From: Octopus bimaculoides
Lineage: Eukaryota
Length of the DNA: 44,462 nucleotides
Reading direction: 5' to 3'
NCBI RefSeq assembly: GCF_001194135.2
Contig: NC_069001.1
Location: 4,159,051 to 4,203,512, forward strand
Position 1 is the first letter of the stretch. Every line of letters begins with the position of its first letter. The notes beneath the pieces are model-generated. The model saw only the letters and a program-made list of their open reading frames with translations. It made no database searches and was not told the DNA's origin. Shown piece after piece: positions 1 to 9,953 of this stretch. Position numbers and translations under genes: made by a program.

Positions 1-181
1 TGATTCCCTGCAAGAGTATAGCAGAAGACACTCGGATAAGCAGCAACACAAGCACAGAGCAAAATATCCAAAGGACAAGAATTTCATAAATATATTCGTT
101 AGCTTACAGTTAGTCATAAAGGGAAGTTTTATGTTTTACCAATTATGATGCCAGAGTAGAGAGAGGTACGGAAGACCTTAC

Positions 182-267
182 CGTAAGCCAAGTGTGCTGT
201 GAGGCCTCCGGTGCCGTCAAACGATGACTTGGATCAACATGCAATAATTTTTTGACAAAGTCTTTGG
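182..267 (-). CDS. STK33: STK33 exon, subdomain XI: (A)KDFVKKLLHVDPSHRLTAPEASQHTWLT
   Basis: Acceptor tttcag|CC, donor ACG|gtaagg. 86 nt, phase 1 to 0. Contains the invariant Arg of DPxxR. Confidence 0.92.
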
Positions 268-3200
268 CTGAAATTTCAAAAAAAAAAAAATATGTAAAGA
301 AACAAAAACCCCATTTTAGCAGTTTATGATCTTTTTTGTTATCAGTACATGTATGCACACCACCACATCTACAAATGCATACATCACTCTTTGTCTCTGT
401 CTGGTACTCTCTCTATCTATGTGTGTGTGTGTATATAAATATATATATGTATGTATGTATATATAAATATATAGATATATATATAAATATATAGATATAG
501 ATATAAATATATATATATATCCTTTTTTGAACTGTGTGACAAGGTTGGCTGGTACAACTCATTTTTGCCAGCTGAGGTGACTGGAACAACATGAAATAGA
601 ATGTCTTGCTCAAGGAGACAACACACAGCTCTTCATCAAACTTTGTGATTAGCAGCCAAATATCCTGACTACTAAGCCATGCCACTTCACACACATACAC
701 AGAGTTTTTTTCCTGGTTCACTTATGCTCCACTGTTTATGTACACCAACATTCAATATACAATCGAGAATACAGGCCTTGTTTCTTTCCAGCCTTCGCTG
801 CTTCGCTTGTCCTCTGCATTCAAAAACCTATGCTTTGCTGTATTGCAACATCACACTTTGTAGACACACATCATCATTATCATCATACAACTTCCCCTTC
901 CCCCTTTACTCAGAGCGGTGGGAGGGGGGGTAAGAGAGGGTGGGGAGGGAATCTTTGTTACCGCCACAGGTAATAGCTCCCTAATCTTTTCCCCCTCATC
1001 CTGTTCTTACTCTAGCAATTCTGTTTTTAGAATACATTCCTCCATTGCTATTTAGGTCACTTCAATAATCCATTCTATTACAGGCATAAGACCTGAAATT
1101 TTGTGGCGGAAGGCAGGCAGCGGCAATGGCAGCAGGGGTGGCAGTGGCAAGCCGGGGGGGCTAGTCGATTAGTTCAACTCCAGTGCTCAACTGGTCCTTA
1201 TTTCCTAACCCTAACCCCATAACTTCACGGTTCGGCAAAAGAAACCGATGGAATAAGTACTAGGCTTACAAAGAATAAGTCCTGGGGTTGATTTGCTCGA
1301 CTAAAGGCGGTGCTCCAGCATGGCCGCAGTCAAATGACTGAAACAAGTAAAAGAGATGATACTGTCTCTGTTCCAGATCCCCTAATACACTGATACACAC
1401 AAATATATCACTGATTTACAATTGACCAGAAAAATCATGAGCAACAGATAATTACCAACCTTCACTGCTGATGCTGTCCCAGTCAGGTGAACTAAATACA
1501 ATTTTCCCGATTTTTATTTTCTTTATCAATTCTTTCTCGTCATTGGCATAAAAGGGTGGATAACTGCAAAGTCTGTTGGAAGAGAAAAAAGTTTTTAAAA
1601 ATATATAAATAAAGGACGAATATGAGTTGGGATTAACGAAGCTAGGCTGTGGTATCTTGTGTGTCTTTGTTGAGTGAAGACTAGATTTTGTGTTTGAGTT
1701 TAGATTTTAGCCAGGGTTGAAGTGCAGCTATAAAAGCAAAGAATCTTTAGAACTTACAACTGGTCATTTTATCAAGTGTAATGCAAATATAGCTGAGACA
1801 CATTTTGAGTGTAGTTTGAGTGAGGACTGGATTTTGTGTTTGAGCCTGAGTTTAGATTTTGGTCAGAGGTGAAGTGCAGCTATAAAAGCAAGGAATCTTT
1901 ACAACTTACAACTGATATGTTATGATACCCATGGCCCAGACATCGCACTGCTGACTGTAGTTTTTATTTTCGGCAATTTCTGGTGCTGCGTCAGAACAGG
2001 AATAATAAAATGTTATGTAAGGATGTCGAGTCATTGTGTTCTCAAATAAATAGCAATACAAAGGCTTTATCTAAACATGGGGATTATCCCAACCTTCGGT
2101 TCTACCCTCCATGAAGGCATCTGGCCAAGTGAGAAGGGTGTTGCACTCATAATCGCAAGACCATGATTTCAATTCCAAGACTGAGTCATGTGTTGTATTC
2201 TTGAGCAAACACTTCCTCTCACATTGTCCTGCAATCACTTCAACATCTAACGTGTAGTACACCATGGTGCCCCTGTTCGGTCAACAGCAAGATGATGGCA
2301 GAAATGAGCTAATGTACAGCACGGACATTTGATCATTACCATCATCATCATTTAATGTCCATTGTCCATGCTGGCATGGGTTGGATGATTTGACCATCCA
2401 ACCCAGCTGGGGAGCTGCACCAGACTCCAGCCTGATTTGGTTTCTACAGCTGGATGTCCTTCCTAATGCCAACCACTAATGTATAGCACAGACATTTGAT
2501 CATTACCATCATCATCATCATCATTTAATGTCCATTGTCCATGCTGGCATGGAGGAGGAGGAAATTGGGAGGGTTGGTTTGAAAAAGGAGGATGCCCAAA
2601 ACCCTGGTAGGAAATATTACCTCGATTGGAAACAGGTGAGGGTTGGTGACAGGAAAGGCATCCAGGTATAGAAAAATCCACTTCAACAAATTCAATCTGA
2701 CTCATGGAAGCTTGGAAAAGTAGATGTTAAAATAATGCTGATGGTGAGGATGACCGTAAAAAAACTCCAAAAAAGAGTAATTTGGTACAATTTGATAAAA
2801 AGAGTCCAGTGAACTTGCCCTGGAGAATAGAAAAATCCACTGTTTTGGACAGAGGCCTTCTTCAGGGAAAAGTTGACATCAGGGAAATGAATGAGACATG
2901 GCAGAGTTTTACGTTGGTCAAACATAAAAAAAAAAAACTGACTGCAATTGAAGAATGATTCTGCTTGATTGAGAGGGATGGATGGGTGGCTAAATAACAA
3001 CACAAAAACAACAACAACTCACCCATGTAATTCAATGTGCCACAAAAGGAATTTAACATGTTTTCTGGACGAACCCCTTCTTTAACAACAGAGAGACCAA
3101 AATCAGTTACCTGTAGAACAAAATGAGACATATTGGGTCATCCCATAAATAATGCCTTTTTTTTTATACTTCTTTTATTTTTCAAAATTATTGTAAACAA

Positions 3201-6200
3201 AGTTCTTTTTTAATCTAAAATATACTCTCCTTCATTTTCTACAATGCTCTTCCATCTATCTGGTACACTTGCAAGACCCTTCTTCCAAAATTCACTTGTC
3301 TGTGATGAAAAATACTCTTTCAGTACTGTTCTGACCTCGTCTACAGAATTCATATTTTTTCCGTCCAAATGATTTTTGAAGACTGCAGAATAAATGATAA
3401 TCAGATGGGACAATGTCTGGCAAATATGGTGTGTGGGGCATCGTTTCCCATTCAAACTGCTCCAGCTGTATGTGGCCGAGCATTATCCTGATGGAAGAAT
3501 ACCTTTCATCTTGAAACCAAAGATAGTCGTTTTTCTTTGAATGACTACTTGAATAACCAAATCCAAGCTTCTCTGCTTGTTCCTTAACAGTTACAATGGT
3601 ATTTTGTTCCACCAGGGTTTGCAGGATGTCCTTGTCAAGCACTACAGGTCTTCCAGGATGAGGCTCATCTTCTAGGCTGTAGTTTCCAGCTCGGAATTTC
3701 TGGAACCACCATTGACACTGGTTTACGCTTATTGTCCAATCCCCATATACTGCATTAATATTCCTTGCACTTTCCATTGCGTTCTTGCCTTTATTGAACT
3801 CATAAAGCAAAATATGTTCCTTTGTTACTTCCATTATAGCTTGGAAAAAAAAAACCTAAAAATCGAACTGCACTCTTCAAAACTTGCACTAAGAATAAGT
3901 ACAAGGTAAAATTACTACCTGCTTTTATAGGAAGCTGATGCAGGTAGTTTATCCCATCCCCTCATACAATTGAAAAAACGCATTATTTACGGGACGACCC
4001 AATACATACAAACATACATATATATTGGTTTCAGATTTTGGCACTAGGCCAGCAAGCCTGGGGTAGGAGACACGTTAATTACATTGACCTCAGTACTCAA
4101 CTGGTACTTACTTTATTGACCCTGGAAGGATAAAATACAAAGTCAAAAAAAAGTTTATTTGTTTCTAGTCTTCCGTCTAAAAACATTCCTAGCTAAGAGA
4201 AAATATCACCTTAATTGGAAACAGGTGAGAGTTAACAACAGGAAAGGCATTTAACCATAAAAAATCTGCCTCAACAAATTCCTCCTAACCCATGCAAGCA
4301 AGGATAAGTGGACGTTAAATGATGATGATGATGATTTATCAAATCAAAGCCACGACCTTTTCTCCTTGTTGTTGTTGTTGCTATTAGTGCTTGTAACCAA
4401 TAGCTACTGGTGTTTACATTCGTTAACTATTAGTGCTTACGTTCGTTAACTTTTAGTGCTTATGTTCATTAGCCTCTGGTGGTCATATGTGATATCTGTT
4501 GGTGGTTATGTCTGTTAGCTGTTAGTAATTATTGATCAATTGTCCATATTCTGAGATGAATTATTGCTATAACGACTTAAATTATTCAGATAATTAAATC
4601 GCGTCTTTTCTCGTGTTTTTGTCTCCTGCATGATATAACTATCAATTCAATAAGAAATGACCATTAAATATAATGTATATGTGCATATAAATATATATAT
4701 ATGATGAATAAATTTCACTCTGATTATATATGTTTGCCAGGGCTAAACAGACTTCTTCAACCAGCTGGTCATGCTACTTCAGGCTGATGACGAGCAAAGA
4801 CTCAGAAACATGTCCCTGAATGCTGGCTAGGCTGGGTGGGGGAGCTTGTCTCCCCCTCGCAAACATAAGGACACAGTAATTGTGTCAAGGCCGACAGGAA
4901 GCGGTCCAGCTTCCTAGGGCTAAACAGCGGTAGTATATTCCCTTATTGGGATTGTCACATTGAGTTGACACTATAACAACTTTATATATATATATATATA
5001 CACACACCCACACATGTATATATGCATATATATTTACATATTTACACACACACACATATATATATATATATGTGCACATATAGGGCTGTAGCAGAAGGCA
5101 CTCACCCAAAGCGCCACACAGTGGGACTGAACCTGAAACCACACGGTTGCAAAGCCAGCTCCTTAATCACACACCCTTTTTATTTTATATTTATACGTGT
5201 GTGTGCGTGTGTCTTTGTACTGCCTCGTCTTCACATCACATGACAAATGTAAACAAGTGTCACCTTCATACAAGCAGTGTCGTTCATTTCTGGTTCATAG
5301 GGGAAATATCACTTTGCTTGGATTGGAAACAGGTGAGAGTTGGTGATAGGAAGTGCACAGGGCCGAAGGAAATCTGCTTAGATGGAATTCCGTCTGACCC
5401 ATGCAAGCATGCGATAGAGGATGTTACATGATGATGATGATGATGATGGTATATATACATGTATGTGTGTCTGTGTGTGCACTGGATAGTCAAGTGATCA
5501 AATCACATTGTCACAGTGTATCAGACGATGAGACAAAAGATGTTGATGGTATTGATAATGGTGATGATGGTGGTGGCAGTGATAGTGGGGGGTGGTGGCA
5601 GTGATGATGGTAATGGTGGTGGTGGTGGTGGCAGTGATGGTGGTGGTAGTGATGGCCTGATAGTGGTAGTGGTGGTGATGATGGCGGTGATGGTGGCGGT
5701 GATGACAGTGGTGGTGATGGTGATGGTTGTGGTGGTGGTTAAATAATCAGAAAAATGGTAATTATTACAATTCTGTTATTCATTATGTATTATTACTTGT
5801 ATCCATTACACATTAGCATAGGCTCATTAGCATACATTAATCTCATTTGCATCTAGTTTAGCTAACTTAGATGCAAATAAGATTAAAAGTTTATTTTGTC
5901 TCTATTTTAGTTGTCATTTTTTTTCCTTTCCTGAAACTTTGGTTTTCTCAGACGAGACAGAAATTAAATTCTTTTACTTTTGTAAAAAGAAGACAAAAAA
6001 AACAACAAATAACAATGGCAACATCAACAATAACAACAGAGATCTGGTGGATCAGGTCTGACCTAGGGCTAAAAAAAATAATAGTAAGAAGAATAACAGA
6101 GATCTGGTAGATCAGATCTGACCTAGGGCTAAAAAAATAATAGTAAGAAGAATAACAGAGATCTGGTAGATCAGATCTGACCTAGGGCTAAAAAAATAAT

Positions 6201-9200
6201 AGTAAGAAAAATAAGAGATCTGGTGGATCAGGTCTGACCTAGGGCTAAAAAAATAATAAGAATAACAGAGATCTGGTAGATCAGGTCTGACCTAGGGCTA
6301 AAAAATCCCAGCAAGAGCGATAGTGATCTGGTGGAAAAGTCTGACCTAGGTCTAGATGACAACACTACTGCTGCTGCCACCTGTGATGTAGATGCTGCTG
6401 ATGACAACAACAAACAATAATGACAACAATGATGATGACACTGACAACCCCCCCCCCCACACACACACACTTACCTTAATGAAGAAGTTTTTGTCTTCAA
6501 TTTTTGGTTCTTTGCTTAGCAAAATGTTGGACAGTTTTAAATCTCGATGGACTACACCTGCAAATGGAAGAAAATGCTCAAGTGATTTCCACCAGAAACG
6601 CAAACGCTGATGGCGCAAGCAGTTATTCAGTTATTCGCTTATTGAGTTTTCTAGAAAACTCTGAAATATTCGTTGAAAAAGATTTTGTGAGTCTCCTGAT
6701 GGAGCTTAATGAAGACACTGACAATATATGTGGATCTGTTTTTAATTTTGTTTGGAAGTGGGTTGGCATGGAGACTAGAATTAAATGAGTAGCATAGCAT
6801 GGTGGGATGAACAGTTTAGATGATGTATAGAGTGGAAGAATAGGGAGAGGGGGCAAAGAGAGAACGAGAGAGAGAGAGAGGTGTACAGTGACAGAGATTG
6901 AAGTTAGAAGTACATAGGGATGATTGTAGTGAGTAGGGGACAAAAGTGGAGAGGGAGGCTGTTAATGGCAGATATGAGAATGATCTGGCAATGCTTTAAC
7001 CTTTTAGCATTCAGATTACTCGGTCAAATGAAATGCTTGTTTACTTTCATTGTTTTCAATTAATCATCATTATCTTGTAGCTTTGAGATTTCGGTGTTGA
7101 GATTATTTATTTTTAGAATGACATTGTAGGGTAGGTGTGAGAGGCCAGATCTAGCCAGTTTGAACATGAAAAATGTAGAGTATTTGGGCTGGAAATGGCC
7201 ATTTTAAACGCTAAAGGGTTAAAGAGGGTAGAACTTTAGGGTCTGCTGTATAAGCCTATATGTAGAGTAGAGTGAGAATGAGGGAGTTCAAGGGCTGCAT
7301 ATAGTGGCAAATACTTTAGCTATACTGTCCAATCATATGCAGCTGCTTTCTTCAATCATATATCCTGCTGACCACTATCATTCGTGTCTCTGTCACTCAT
7401 ATTTCTCACTCTGTAAAGATGCTGGCAACTGACCAATAAATGTGGGGCTGTGAGGTTCCTTTAGTTGTGATGAGGATATAATTACCTCTCTAATGCTGGT
7501 GCCATAAAAAAAAAAAGCACACCGAACTCTCTGTAAAGTGGGTGATGTTGAGGTTGGTGGTGGGGTTAATCCAACCTGAGAAATGAAACCAAAAGTGGAA
7601 TGCAATCAACATGCGGTCCCATGGCCTTTCTAAGTGAGCAGTACCCCTTGAATATGTGCTGCCACTGATTGTAACAACCTGTCCAACCCATGCCGGCATG
7701 GAAAGCGGATGTAAAAAAACGTTTGATACGTAGATACATGCACACATCCATACATACAGACAGACACATATAACAGAAATACTGTAAACCTCATATCTAT
7801 TCTGTTTGTGGATGGGTGGGGGACGGGTGAGTGGGTGAATGGTTAGAGAGGGTGGTTTTACCTTACAATGGAGTCTGGTTTACAGGTTCAACTCACCACA
7901 TTTATGAAGATAGGATATTGCACTCACTAGAGAAGTCATGACGTTCTTGACAACAGCTTCATCAAACTTCACTGCAGCACTCAGTTGTTTGCCCAGTTCT
8001 CCGCCGCTACAGTATTCCATAATTAGAAAGACTTTCTGTAGAAACACAAGATTATATACACACACATAATTTATTTAAAAAATTTTATTCATATTTATAC
8101 TTTTATTTTTAACTATCTTTCTACATACACACACACACACTGGTTGGCTTGCAAAATCTATACATTATGAATTTTCTGTTACTGCAGCTTGAAACCATCC
8201 TCTAAATGGCAGTTGAATAAAAGAGTCTTTACAAAATATATTATGGAAGCCCTCTATTGTATAAAGATCATAAGGGTTATTATTCATCTTATATGCTTTA
8301 GTTGTATGATGTATGCTCTATTTAAGATGATATGGTCTTAAGTAATCCTTTAATTACCAAATATATGTAGCCAAAGAAGTTTTGTTTGCATTTGCTGTTT
8401 TTAAGGGAATCCATGTGGTAATAAAATCTTGATTTAAATCGATTTGAGGTCATACCAACATAAGTGTTTATGTTGTCTTTAGTAGTAACCAGACATTGGT
8501 ATACAATAGACTTATTCATGAAGTCAGAATTTAAAGAGCAGTTGTTAGGAATATAGTGGATGCACAGGTTGATGGTTTTGTTATGTATATTAATTTTCAA
8601 AGAGTTATAATGAGCAAAATTGCAGTTGGCATTTGGGGTAGTAGAGTATAAATATTTGACAGTAGCTTTTCACTAAATAGTTGGTGATATTTATGATTTA
8701 AGATGAAAAGTTTCTCAAGGAATTAAAAGGTTTGTCAGCCCACACCTGTTTCTAAGCAAGCTAATATTTCTCCAAGACCAGACATGTTTTCATAGAAGAT
8801 TCGAAATAAAGGACACTGTTTGCAGGATGGTGACAAACACACATAACATGCTTCTTTCAGTTTCTATCTACCAAATCCCAAATCCACTCTTAAGGATTTG
8901 TTCAGTCTAAGGCTGTAGTACAAAACACTTGCCCATGTATATATATATATGTATATATATATATATAAAATTGTTACGCTAGATAATAATAGAGTCAATG
9001 AAATCTCTGCAAATTATTTTCTCGTGAATTATTTGCTCCATATTGAAATACACACACACATACATATATACATACATGCATACACACGTACATGCACACA
9101 TACATACACACACACGTGATGGTAAGAATACCAAAATAAGATCAGACACACACACACACACACACACTCTCTCTCTTTCTCTCACATACACACACAGAAG

Positions 9201-9670
9201 TGTGTGAGTCAGTGTGTGCATGCATGTATAGATACGTATATATAAAGAATTACACCGGTAAGTATTATATACTTATATGGCTAATGTGAATTCTTAAGAT
9301 CAACAATGATGTAGAAGCAGTGTGTTTTCTAAGCAAGTTATTCTGCTATTCTGCTATTCTGGTATTCTGGGAAGCCAATGATTAATGGAAGGAAGACGTT
9401 GAGTACAAACAGATGTAATGATGGCAAGATCAGATATTGCGATGATAATATCAACGGGAAACGTAATCTGGCTGAATAGAGGTTTGTGGAGCTTGAAGGG
9501 GTAACAAAACTGAAGATGTATGGTGAAGAAGCTTGCTTCCCAACCACATGGTTTTGGGTTCAATCCCACTGTGTGGAACATTGTGCAAGTGTCTTCCCCT
9601 TAAGCCCTGGGTTGATCCAAGTCTTGTGACTGGACTTGGTAGGGAAGTGGATTTGCTATTTGTGTGTAGG

Positions 9671-9718
<48 letters not shown>

Positions 9719-9917
9719 TGTCTTGACGTCGTGTGGTTGTTGATAATTAAATGTCATTCATTTGCAATATTCTGCGTAAACATGTTTGGCCATGGGGGAA
9801 ATATCAACTTACTTGGAAACAGGCGAGGGTTGGAGACAGGAAATGCATCCAGCAGTAGGAAACCTACCTCAGTAAATACTGCTCGACTCATATTAGCATG
9901 GAAAAGTGGATGTCAAA

Positions 9918-9953
<36 letters not shown>

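Noticed and set aside
6030-6352. CRISPR-like regular repeat array
   Set aside because: The units are contiguous near-identical repeats with no unique spacers, the context is eukaryotic and there are no cas genes.
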